A stretch of DNA of 64,000 nucleotides from a virus, in IMG/VR virus record IMGVR_UViG_3300033571_009591, positions 20,216-84,215 of that record. One strand, given 5' to 3'. The notes under the pieces are model-generated. The model searched no databases, was not told where the DNA came from, and worked only from the letters and a program-made list of their open reading frames with translations. The translations under genes were made by a program, and so were the position numbers. This document shows positions 46,198 to 56,200 of this stretch, piece after piece; the stretch's first letter is position 1, and the number at the start of each line of letters is the position of its first letter.

Positions 46198-48306
46198 GTG
46201 GACCGAATTAAAGAACAAGTGGACCAACTTGCCGAGCTAGGTGACGATCAAGTTACTGAACTCCAAAATGAAATCCTTAGTGCATTTGAGTCGGTTGAGA
46301 AGGAAGATCCTACCCCGCAGACAGTTGACGCGATGACGTCGCTTGCCGATATGCTCGATGGAGTTAGAAACGAAGTCAAGCGCCGCGAGGCCGCAGCCGT
46401 AGAACTCGCTCAGCGAGCCTCCGAGGCCGCTTCCCGCGTTTATGGACAAGATGACAAATCAGCAGAAGAAAACATGGATGCTGCACCAGCAGATGCTCCA
46501 GCAGAAGAGGCACCAGCTGCCCCTATGGCTGAAGCTCCAATGGAAAAAGCACCTATTTCCGAAACTCCTGTCCCAGTACTGGAAGAGGAAAAGAAACCAG
46601 AAGCAGCAGGCGCAATGCCAGTTGCTCCTACAGAAACTCCAAAACCAGAAACTGAAGATGAGAAATCTCCTGTTGAAAAAACAGAAGAAGAAAAGGAAAA
46701 GGAAAAGACCATGACTGAAGCGTCTACTACAGCGGGAACAGAAACCGAGTTCTCAACCACAGAAGTTACTCCAGAAGCAGCACCTGCTGCTGTCGAGGAG
46801 ACAGTTGTTGCATCTGTTGAAACAACAGAAGCACCAGCAGCAGTACCAGCCGAAGAAGCACCAGCCGAAGAAGCACCAGCAGCAGAAGCAGAAGCATCAG
46901 TCGATGATGCCGCAGCAGACGCCGCTGTTGCAGATGCAGTTGATGGCTCAGAAGCATCAATTCAAACAACCGAATCAGCTGTGCCAATGGCACAAGAAAT
47001 TATGGAGGCACCCGTGACCGCCGCTGCAGATAACGCAGATAACCTCAACATTGAGGTACCAGCGAGCCACCGCCCTGTAGCACAGGCATCAGTAGCGGCA
47101 GTGGCAATCACTGCAGGTGCTGACATTCCTGGCTACACAGCAGGCTCTTCGCTAGACAACATGAACGTCGTTGCTGAGGCAATGGCAAAGCGTCTACATG
47201 GCCTACGCCGTGTAAACGGTGGAGATGGCGAGCAGCACATTGTTGCTTCTGTATCCACAGCATTCCCAGAGGCTCGCACTCTTACACAAGATGCAGAGTC
47301 AAACTGGAACAAGATTCAAGCAGTGACAGGTCCAGAAGCACTCGTTGCATCTGGTGGCCACTCAACACCATTCGCAGTTAAGTACGACATCTTCGGAATG
47401 GGAACAACAGCACGTCCAGTACGTGATGCTCTTCCTCGTTTCCAAGCTGATCGTGGTGGTATCCGCTTCATTACTCCTCCAAAGCTTGCTGATTACGGCA
47501 ATGCTGTTGGTGTATGGACAAACGCAGTAGATACAACACCAGAGTCTGCTACAAAGTCAAGCCTTACTATCACTTCTGCTTCAGAGAACACCGTCGCAAC
47601 AGACGCTGTAACTCTACAGCTACAGTTTGGTAACTTGATGACACGTGCTTACCCAGAACTCATCGCTCGTCACAACGAGTTGGGTCTGATTCAGCATGCA
47701 CGTGAAGCAGAGCAATACCTTCTTACAAAGATTGGTGATGCTTCAACAGCAGTTACAACTACTTCCCTAATCGGATTTGGTCGTGACTTCTTAGTACAAA
47801 TTGGTCGCGCTGCTGCTGCTTACCGTTCACGTCACCGCCTAGAAGCTGATGCACCACTTCGTGCAATCATTCCTGCTTGGGTAAAAGATGCAATGGCTGC
47901 TGACTTCGCACTAAACATGCCTGGAGACAGCCTTCTAAACGCATACGGTGAAATCGATGGATACGTCGCATCACGCAACGTAAACCTAACTGCTTCACTA
48001 GATGCAACTGTATCTGGTACACAGTCAACAGGAGCTCTTAACGAGTTCGCAGATTCATTCGTTTGGTACCTCTTCTCAGAGGGCTCATTCTTGTTCCTTG
48101 ATGGTGGCACACTTGATCTCGGAATCATCCGTGACTCAAGCCTTGTTGGCACTAACGACTACAAGATGTTCGTTGAAACATTCGAAGGAATTGCTTTCAT
48201 CGGAGTTGAAGCACTGAAGATCACTTCAACCATTTCTGTTAACGGTGTGGCTGCTGCCCTCCGCGACACAACTGGTGCTGCAACTGCTGCTGCGATTGAA
48301 TACTAA
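46198..48306 (+). CDS. major capsid protein with N-terminal acidic scaffold region
   Basis: ~270-aa Ala/Glu/Pro-rich N-terminus; ALVASGG, RDALPRFQADRGGI, LDLGIIRDSSL..NDY. Confidence 0.85.
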   Translation: MDRIKEQVDQLAELGDDQVTELQNEILSAFESVEKEDPTPQTVDAMTSLADMLDGVRNEVKRREAAAVELAQRASEAASRVYGQDDKSAEENMDAAPADAPAEEAPAAPMAEAPMEKAPISETPVPVLEEEKKPEAAGAMPVAPTETPKPETEDEKSPVEKTEEEKEKEKTMTEASTTAGTETEFSTTEVTPEAAPAAVEETVVASVETTEAPAAVPAEEAPAEEAPAAEAEASVDDAAADAAVADAVDGSEASIQTTESAVPMAQEIMEAPVTAAADNADNLNIEVPASHRPVAQASVAAVAITAGADIPGYTAGSSLDNMNVVAEAMAKRLHGLRRVNGGDGEQHIVASVSTAFPEARTLTQDAESNWNKIQAVTGPEALVASGGHSTPFAVKYDIFGMGTTARPVRDALPRFQADRGGIRFITPPKLADYGNAVGVWTNAVDTTPESATKSSLTITSASENTVATDAVTLQLQFGNLMTRAYPELIARHNELGLIQHAREAEQYLLTKIGDASTAVTTTSLIGFGRDFLVQIGRAAAAYRSRHRLEADAPLRAIIPAWVKDAMAADFALNMPGDSLLNAYGEIDGYVASRNVNLTASLDATVSGTQSTGALNEFADSFVWYLFSEGSFLFLDGGTLDLGIIRDSSLVGTNDYKMFVETFEGIAFIGVEALKITSTISVNGVAAALRDTTGAATAAAIEY

Positions 48307-48373
48307 AAAGTATTTAATACAGTAAATATTAGATAACAATAGTTAACGCTCAAGAGATCAAGAGGAGATAAAA

Positions 48374-49258
48374 ATGGCAGCATTTCGTGGGGTTTATACA
48401 GCTCCAGAATTGAAACCTACTCCTTGCGGTCTCTTGAGCGTTGCTAGTGTTATGACGCACACATCCAGCGATTATGATGAACGTTGGGTTCGTGGTTTTG
48501 CATATGAGTTTGACTCGCTTGCTACAACACGTATTCTTACAACCAATGATGACTTAGTTACAGGCGGAGAATTATATGACGCCTCTGACGAGCCTTACTA
48601 TAGAGATTACTCTCCATTCTTCATTGAAGTAGAGATTGCACGTTCAACATTTGGTCTACCTGCACAGGACCGTTTTGCTATCGCACTCAAGCAACTTGAG
48701 GCAGCAACACAAAAGGCAGTCGAATTAGAATTATGGAGTGGAGTTGCTGCTACAGCAGCCACCAATTCAAATGTATTTTTATCAAAACAAGGCGCAGCAA
48801 CTGTCCCCGCTTCTGGAGCACACACTGCCTCTAACGCTCTGTTTCATTTAGAGCAAGCAATAGCAAATTCACCTACAGGCGCAGGAGGAGTTATTCATAT
48901 GACTCGTGATGTAGCCTCAATCCTTGGGTCAAAGATTGTTTATGCCTCAACAGATGGTGGAAAAACAGGTAAGGCAATGACACGTTTAGGGACAGAAGTT
49001 GCTATTGGCTCAGGCTATAGCGGAATTGGCCCATATAGCGTAACTGGAGCTGCACCATCTGCGACAAATCGTTGGATGTATGCGACAGGTCCAGTAGAAG
49101 TACATCTAAGCAAGTCAGAAATCGTAAACGAATCATTGAGCCAAGGAATTAATGCTAACATTAATGACATGGTTATCAAGGCAGTTCGCTCTGCGGCTGT
49201 TTATTTCGACCCATCAATTCATTTTGCAGTGCGGGTAGCAGTACCTGCAACTGTATAA
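48374..49258 (+). CDS. virion structural protein (capsid-associated)
   Basis: position between capsid and tail tube; GLLSVA...RW..G pattern. Confidence 0.6.
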   Translation: MAAFRGVYTAPELKPTPCGLLSVASVMTHTSSDYDERWVRGFAYEFDSLATTRILTTNDDLVTGGELYDASDEPYYRDYSPFFIEVEIARSTFGLPAQDRFAIALKQLEAATQKAVELELWSGVAATAATNSNVFLSKQGAATVPASGAHTASNALFHLEQAIANSPTGAGGVIHMTRDVASILGSKIVYASTDGGKTGKAMTRLGTEVAIGSGYSGIGPYSVTGAAPSATNRWMYATGPVEVHLSKSEIVNESLSQGINANINDMVIKAVRSAAVYFDPSIHFAVRVAVPATV

Positions 49259-49286
49259 GTAAAAACAAACTAAGGAGAATACTGGT

Positions 49287-50333
49287 ATGGCCACTCAGGA
49301 CTACGCAGCAAGCGTCCAAGGTGTGGCGATCCGAGTCACTAGACTGGACGCCTCAGGAAACCTACTCACCGAACCTGGTGATAGTTATACAACCTCGGCG
49401 TTCTTACGTACATCATTTACACCAGAGTATGAAGAAGGCGATGAAATCATCGAGAAGTCCGCAAATGGTGTCATTTGCGTTTCTTACAAGGCGCCAGATA
49501 CTCTTAAGCGCATCACTATGGAACTCGCAATCTGCGATCCAGACCCAGAATTAACAGCACTTCTTTCAGGTGGCTTGCTTCTTCGCAAGAACTTTGGAAC
49601 ATATTCATCAACAGACAACAAGTCTATTGGTTGGGCTGCTCCAGGAGTTGGCGATGACCCTTCAGGTAACGGTGTTGCTATTGAATGCTGGTCATTCGCA
49701 GTTAAGGATGGCAAGCGTGCAACATCACTTCCATACTTCTACTGGATTTTCCCATACGCAAAGCTTCGTCAGTCAGGTGACCGTGTTATTGAGAACGGTC
49801 TTCTTGCTAACACATTCGAAGGCTATGGCCTTGGAAACGTAGAATTCGGTACAGGTCTAGATGGCCGCTGGGAGTTCCCAGTTGCTACAGAGCGTCCATA
49901 TGCTTATGCACGTGATGACTGGGCTCCTACAGGTCTTAAAGGATTCTATCAATGGTTTGATAATAAGGCCGCAGTTATCAACAACAAGGCTCTTACCTCT
50001 AACGTTGCTACTTTAACAACAGCAACAGCTCACGGGTATGAAGTAGGTCAGAGCGTTGTTGTAGCAGGCGTAGATGCGACATTCAACGGTACATTTACAA
50101 TCAATGGAGTACCATCTACTACCACATTCACATATGCTAAGACAGCAACTAACGTAGTAAGTGCTGCAGTTAGCCCAGTTGGTTCAGCAGTTCGTCAACG
50201 TGGATACAAGGCAGTTACAGACTTTACGTCTCAGGGTTCTACAACATCCTACAACGTACCTGGTCAGCAGAGCTATAACGCAGACCTTCCAATTGACTTC
50301 ATTATCGCTTCATCAGAAGATCCATCAGCTTAA
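49287..50333 (+). CDS. major tail (tube) protein with accessory beta domain
   Basis: GVAIRVTRLDASG, PEYEEGDEIIEKSANG..C, ICDPDPEL; terminator follows. Confidence 0.85.
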   Translation: MATQDYAASVQGVAIRVTRLDASGNLLTEPGDSYTTSAFLRTSFTPEYEEGDEIIEKSANGVICVSYKAPDTLKRITMELAICDPDPELTALLSGGLLLRKNFGTYSSTDNKSIGWAAPGVGDDPSGNGVAIECWSFAVKDGKRATSLPYFYWIFPYAKLRQSGDRVIENGLLANTFEGYGLGNVEFGTGLDGRWEFPVATERPYAYARDDWAPTGLKGFYQWFDNKAAVINNKALTSNVATLTTATAHGYEVGQSVVVAGVDATFNGTFTINGVPSTTTFTYAKTATNVVSAAVSPVGSAVRQRGYKAVTDFTSQGSTTSYNVPGQQSYNADLPIDFIIASSEDPSA

Positions 50334-50344
50334 TTAAATAAAAC

Positions 50345-50403
50345 AAAAGGCGGACGACAGGCCAGTCGTGTCATCAGCACACATGGTAGTCGTCCGCTTT
50401 TTG
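50345..50403 (+). terminator. terminator after tail tube gene
   Basis: AAAAGGCGGACGAC...GTCGTCCGCTTTTT. Confidence 0.7.
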
Positions 50404-50419
50404 TATTTAAGGAGGAACA

Positions 50420-51562
50420 GTGGCTAGCAATCTATGGGTAACCGCAGAAGAACTCGGTGCATACGGGGACTCTACATACGCCTATGATGCTTGTAAGACT
50501 GCTTCCTATTTACTGTGGGGAATGTCTGGTCGTAAATACTCTGGAACAACTACTGTAACAGAAAAATATATTTCTTCTTATGACCCATATCTTCGTATGG
50601 GCGCATCGGCAAAGAACTACCAACCTGTATTAGTAGATGGACATGTCGAGAATGTCCGCTCAGATGGTTTTGGTCGGTTTGGCGAACATGATTTTATGGG
50701 AGATGGAACATCTTCTACCTCTCGCTTACGCCTTCGTGGTCGTAAAGTAATTAAGATTCATAATATGCGTGACCAATTCGGCAAAATTATTAGCCCGAGT
50801 AAATACTATCTTTCAGAGCATTCAACAATTATTGCAACTCCAGGAGCCAACTGGTCTTCTTCAAACGTAGAAGTTACATACACTTATGGAACCCCACCTC
50901 CAACTGCTGGCAAGGCTGCTGCTCGTATTCTTGCAATAGAACTAGTTAAGTTGTATGAAGGTGATGACACCTGCGCTCTGCCACAGCGTGTAACATCTGT
51001 TTCTCGTCAAGGTGTTTCTTACACTCTACTTGACAGCCAAGATTTTATTGATGAACTTCGCACTGGTATTTACGCAATTGATTTATTCTTAAAAACATCT
51101 AACCCTGACCGTGCTCGTGCACGTGCTCGAGTATTTTCTCCAGATGTACCTAAAGCCAGAAGAATCACACCTCATTCTCTACTTCTACCAGCAACTGCAT
51201 CTGACCTTCAAGTATTTCCTACAGGTGGAAGTCTTACCCTCTACTTTGATGAAATTGGCGGAGACTTTCTGCTTACACAAAACACTTGGACTATCTTCAT
51301 GTCCGTATCTGACTATACCGAGGCTAAGACAGCAGTTATTGCAAATGCAGTGACTTTAGATGTAGGAGCTGAACTTATCTCTGTGTATGCTCCGTATCAA
51401 GATGTATACGACGTTCTTGGCATTAGAGACCCTGGAACTTATGAAATTTACTGTACAAGACCTAGCCCAGCAAACTCAGCGGTAGAAGAGGTAGTAACTA
51501 TCCTCTCTGCTAACATCTCTATCAGTCTTGCTACAAGAGTAGAACCAATCTACACACCATAA
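50420..51562 (+). CDS. head-to-tail adaptor
   Basis: ASYLLWGMSGRKY, EVTYTYG.PPP, CALPQRVTSVSRQGVSY. Confidence 0.75.
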   Translation: MASNLWVTAEELGAYGDSTYAYDACKTASYLLWGMSGRKYSGTTTVTEKYISSYDPYLRMGASAKNYQPVLVDGHVENVRSDGFGRFGEHDFMGDGTSSTSRLRLRGRKVIKIHNMRDQFGKIISPSKYYLSEHSTIIATPGANWSSSNVEVTYTYGTPPPTAGKAAARILAIELVKLYEGDDTCALPQRVTSVSRQGVSYTLLDSQDFIDELRTGIYAIDLFLKTSNPDRARARARVFSPDVPKARRITPHSLLLPATASDLQVFPTGGSLTLYFDEIGGDFLLTQNTWTIFMSVSDYTEAKTAVIANAVTLDVGAELISVYAPYQDVYDVLGIRDPGTYEIYCTRPSPANSAVEEVVTILSANISISLATRVEPIYTP

Positions 51563-51587
51563 ATATAAAACGACGCATAGGAGTGAC

Positions 51588-52091
51588 ATGATTAATATAA
51601 ATAAAGCAACAGTTAGTAGTAACGCTAAAAACCTTGCCGTTTTTATGCAGGCAGTTCTTGACCAAGTTGTTACATCTTATGCCTCATACAACATGCCACT
51701 TCCTTTTAGAAAATACTGGACATTAGGCGCTCCTGCAGTAGACTGCGAACAAGTTGTAGTCTCTCTTATCCAAATGTATGTAGGTGCTCCAGGAGATGAA
51801 GCAACATCCCCACGTCGATGCTCAGACCCACGCAGTGCGACTATAACTGTTGCTGTCTCTAGACAAGTACCAACAGTTGGACCTAGCGGTAAAGCACCAG
51901 CAGCCGAAACCATTGAATCCTATGCAGAAGTTTCTGCCTACGATGCTTGGATTCTTCTTGACAGCGCTGCTCAGTTAGATACTTGGGAGGCTTCTGGTTT
52001 TGGTCTTGGAGTTATTGCAACTGTTGAAGTCAACGCTCCTGAGGGCGGATATCAAACAGTGACCTTGACACTTACGGCGGCAATTCCATAA
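51588..52091 (+). CDS. tail terminator / neck protein
   Basis: position; PAVDCEQVVV, PEGG motifs. Confidence 0.55.
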   Translation: MININKATVSSNAKNLAVFMQAVLDQVVTSYASYNMPLPFRKYWTLGAPAVDCEQVVVSLIQMYVGAPGDEATSPRRCSDPRSATITVAVSRQVPTVGPSGKAPAAETIESYAEVSAYDAWILLDSAAQLDTWEASGFGLGVIATVEVNAPEGGYQTVTLTLTAAIP

Positions 52092-52474
52092 TGGCTAGAG
52101 TTGTAATTAGAAAAACAGCATATGATTTTGTATTTAATGACCCTAATGGCATGGTTGGAAGACACCTTGCAAAAAAAGGCAAGCGATTAGAAGTTCTAGC
52201 AAAAGCTCAGGTGGGGGTCCGAACAGGGGCACTTAGGGCATCTATCCACATGCGACACTCGCGTGACCCCCGTGGGCAATATGTGATGGTTGGCTCTAGA
52301 CTTAACTACGCATTGATGCATCATGAGGGTACAAAGCCTCATTTAATTGTTGCTGATAAGGCAAAAGTTCTTAGGTTTGTTAAAGGTTCTTCTATTGTCT
52401 ATGCCCACTCGGTCATGCACCCAGGGACAAAAGCTAATAGATATCTCTCAGACAACCTAAGAAAAGTAATGTAA
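52091..52474 (+). CDS. HK97 gp10-like tail completion protein
   Basis: VRTGALRASI, YALMHHEGT, HPGTKANRYL. Confidence 0.75.
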   Translation: MARVVIRKTAYDFVFNDPNGMVGRHLAKKGKRLEVLAKAQVGVRTGALRASIHMRHSRDPRGQYVMVGSRLNYALMHHEGTKPHLIVADKAKVLRFVKGSSIVYAHSVMHPGTKANRYLSDNLRKVM

Positions 52475-52533
52475 AATAACAATATTACTATGTAAATAGT
52501 AAAAAGACATAAGAGAAATGAGGAAAAGGAAAG

Positions 52534-52878
52534 ATGACAAGTAGATTCAAAGATTTTGGAAGTGCCGATGTAGTTGCAGAGCCGCTGTCGTTTAAATTGT
52601 ACGATGAGGATTTTAATTGCAAGACATCGCTTCAAGGAAAAGTACTTTTAGACATGGTTGCTGCTGCATCATCTGATGATGCTGGAGACGCTGCTAATTT
52701 AGTTACAGGATTTTTTGCTAAGGCTCTTACACCTGAAAGCTATACTCGCTTTAATATTCTTCTAGAGTCAGACAAGATTGTTACTGTTGAAACTCTAGGT
52801 GAGATTACATCATGGCTAGTTGAGCAGTACTCAGGCCGTCCCGTGGAGGGGCCAACGGACTCCTTGAGTGGGCAGTAG
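52534..52878 (+). CDS. tail assembly chaperone (G)
   Basis: precedes tape measure; ends WLVEQYSGRP. Confidence 0.75.
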   Translation: MTSRFKDFGSADVVAEPLSFKLYDEDFNCKTSLQGKVLLDMVAAASSDDAGDAANLVTGFFAKALTPESYTRFNILLESDKIVTVETLGEITSWLVEQYSGRPVEGPTDSLSGQ

Positions 52879-53258
52879 ACCATTGGCCTTATGTCAACGG
52901 GAAAGCACTGATGAGCGGCCTACGTCTTGGAGAGATGGACTCGGCAGAAATGCTGGATGTAATACATGTTATCTTTGAAGAAGACTATACAAACGCCACT
53001 AGTGGAGAACAAGTTGACGCAAAAAACAACGTAAGAAAGATTATATATAGAGAGTTTTATGAGAAGAGTTATAACCATGGCTCTTCAAATAAGACAGATT
53101 ATTCAGATTTAGAACCTGAAGAAAGTGGCTACGACTACAGCGATGTAGTTCCTTTTGATCCTGCTAAAGCAGAGAGAAAGCCATTCGTACCTTCTACAGA
53201 TTTTAATCCTGATGCAGCACTACCGTTTGGAAAGACATTAGACGCCCCCATGGGCTAA
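52824..53258 (+). CDS. tail assembly chaperone extension (T; -1 frame)
   Basis: -1 frame open from 52824 (LLEWAVDHWPYVNGKAL) into ORF 52911..53258. Confidence 0.6.
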   Translation, partial: AVLRPSRGGANGLLEWAVDHWPYVNGKALMSGLRLGEMDSAEMLDVIHVIFEEDYTNATSGEQVDAKNNVRKIIYREFYEKSYNHGSSNKTDYSDLEPEESGYDYSDVVPFDPAKAERKPFVPSTDFNPDAALPFGKTLDAPMG

Positions 53259-53278
53259 ACACTAGGAGGTGATGGCTT

Positions 53279-56200
53279 GTGGCAATAGTAGGTGATGCTT
53301 ATGTGATGATACATGCCATCACTTCTGGTCTTGATAAAGATATTAAAGATGCACTTAAGAATGTTGATAAACATGGAAGTGATGCTGGCGATAGAGTCGG
53401 AAGAAACTTTAATAAAGGATTTCAAAAAGGAAGTAAAAAAGGCAGTCCCTTTGGTGATTTTTTTAAAGGAAGTGACGCTGCTGCTGCTAAGTTTTCTAGT
53501 CTTACTAAGGCTGGCTATGCTATTGCTCCACTACTTACTGCTTTAGGTGGAACAATTGGTGTTCTAGGTACAAGCTTAATTTCTTTAGGTTCTATAATTG
53601 GTGCTATTACAGTTCCTGCAATGGCTGTTCTTGGTTCTTCAATGATGTCTCTTGCTCAGGCGGCTGTAACTGTAAAACTAGCATTTGCTGGAGTAGGAAA
53701 AGCTATTGCTGCTGGAAATAAAGCAGCAAAAAAAGGTACTGACAACTCTAAAGCACTTAAAAAAGCAAAAACTGCACTAGAACGTGCAGAAAGAGCTCTT
53801 GGTGAAGCATATGAAGATGCTGCTAAAGCAATTAAAAAAGCAGATGAAGAGTTGCTTGATTCAATGAAAGATCTGCATAAGGCTCGTGAACAGGCTAAAG
53901 AAGATTTAGAACAACTTGGTTTTGATTCCGAAGATGCCGCACTTTCAGAACAGAAAGCTGCTTTAGAGCTAGAAAAAGCTCGTGAAACTCTTGCTCGTGT
54001 TTCAGACCTGCCTCCCAACTCCCGTGCTAGAAAAGAAGCAGAACTTGCTTTTGCTGAGGCTGATCTCAATTATCGCCGTGCAATTGATAAAAACAATGAT
54101 CTTAAAAAGACAGAAGCAAAAAATGCCTTACTTGGTGACACAGTAGAAAAGCAAGTCGAGGGACAGGAAAATGTAGTAAAAGCACTAGAAGCAGTAGATG
54201 ATGCTAAGAAAAATATAGGAGAAACCGAACTTCAAAATGCAAGAGCAATTAGAAGCGCGACAGAGAGTCGAGATGATGCAAAAGATGCATTAAATGATAT
54301 AAAAAACAATACTAATGGTGTTGATGCCTATAAAGATGCCTTAGCTGAATTATCACCAGAAGCTCGTAAATTTGTTAAATACATTGTATCTCTTAAAAAT
54401 GTTTTTAAAGATCTTAAAGCTGCTGCTGGTAAAGACCTCTTCCCTAAACTAGAAAAAGCACTAAGAAACTTTTTTAGACCTGGAAATATAAAAATATTTA
54501 AAGGACTTCTTCAGGAAACTGGTAGTGTTTTAGGAGATGTTGCAATAAAATTCTCTAAAACAGTTACTAAGGGGGAGAATTTAGAAAGACTACAAGGTAT
54601 CTGGAAGACAAATAATAGACTTTTAGGTAAATTTGGAGATGCTGGAAACAATGTTTATGAAGCATTGCTTCTTCTTCTAGAGGCAGCTAAACCTCTTATT
54701 GACGCTTTTGGAGACTGGGTTGTAAACGTAACGGGAGCATGGAAAGAGACTCTTAAAGCAGATAAAGCAACTGGAAAACTTACTAGTAAATTTAAAATTG
54801 CTAAGGGTATTTTTAAAGACTTAGGTAAAATTTTTGGTAATGTTTTTGGCGGACTAGGTAAACTTTTTGAAGCCAATACTGGCCCTGGTAGCGGTGGTCA
54901 AATATTTTTAGACTACTTTAAAAAAATAACAGAAAACTTTAAAAATCTTAAAACTATTGATGGGAAGCCTCTCAAGCAATTTTTTGCAGGAGCCGCAGAA
55001 AATGGAACCAAACTTCTTGACCTTTTAGGTAAAATCCTTGGAGGATTCATTAAGTTGGCAGATGACACTGCTTTAGGTACTTTTTTTGACAATCTTGGGG
55101 AAGCAGTAGACATTCTTAACACTATAGACCTCGGCGGGGCTATGGTTGCTATAAGTGAGTTTGCAATAGAAATTGCAAAATTTGTAAAATTAGTAACAGA
55201 TAGTGGTTCGGTAGAAGTATTTTTTGGTGTTCTCAAGAGCGGCCTAAGTTTCTTAAATAAAATATTAGCCAGTGGTATTGGTCAAGCCCTTCTTAAAGTA
55301 GCTGCTCTTATCTTCCCCTTCCTCTTGGCCCTAGGCACCATTGCTAAAGTTGGAAAATTTGCATTATTAGTAGTTAAAGGAAATCTTGATAAAGTAGCTA
55401 AGGCTTTTAAATTTTTACTTCCTAACTCCGTGTATAAAAAAATAATATCTGGTTTAGACACTATAAAACTAAAAGCCATGTATGCGATGGATAAGGTAAA
55501 GGCTTCAGTTAAAAAAGCTGGCGCAGCGCTTATTAATTTTGGTAAAAAAGCCGTTTCATCAGCTGTAACAGGTATTAAATCTATTGGTACAAATGCCAAA
55601 GCAGCTGGAGTAAAACTTATTGCGATGGGTAAGGCTGCTGCTGGTAAGGCTCTAGGAGGTATTGTAAAGTTTGCTAAAGGCTCTATGATACTTTTAACAA
55701 ACCCTATATTTTTAATATCTGTAGCAATTGTTGCAATAATTGCAGGTCTTGTAATTTTATACAAGAGAAGTGAAAAATTTAGAAAGATTGCTAATAAAGC
55801 CTTTGGTGCAGTAAAAAAGGCTTTAGTAGATGCTCTCAACTGGGCTAAAAAGAATTGGCCTCTACTTCTTGCAATTTTAACTGGTCCTATTGGTCTTCTT
55901 GTTTTCTTTGTAGTTAAGAATTTTGACAAAATAAAAAAGATAGCAGGAAAAGTATGGGATGGACTTAAGTCAGGGCTTTCCAGAGTTTGGGCAGGAGTTC
56001 AGGTAGTTTGGGGTTTAATTATTAAGGGTGTAAAGCTCTCAGTAGCAGCTGTTGGTGCAGTGCTTGGTTTTGTCTGGGATGTATTAAAAACTAGCTTGGA
56101 GTTGGTATGGGCAGGCATTCAGATTGTCTGGGACTTAATTATTGCAGGTGTAAAAGTTTTTATATCAGCCCTAGGTGCAGTACTTGGTTTTGTGTGGGAC

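Noticed and set aside
52876-52878. Genome-wide TAG recoding
   Set aside because: Long genes are intact under the standard code and several end normally at TAG.
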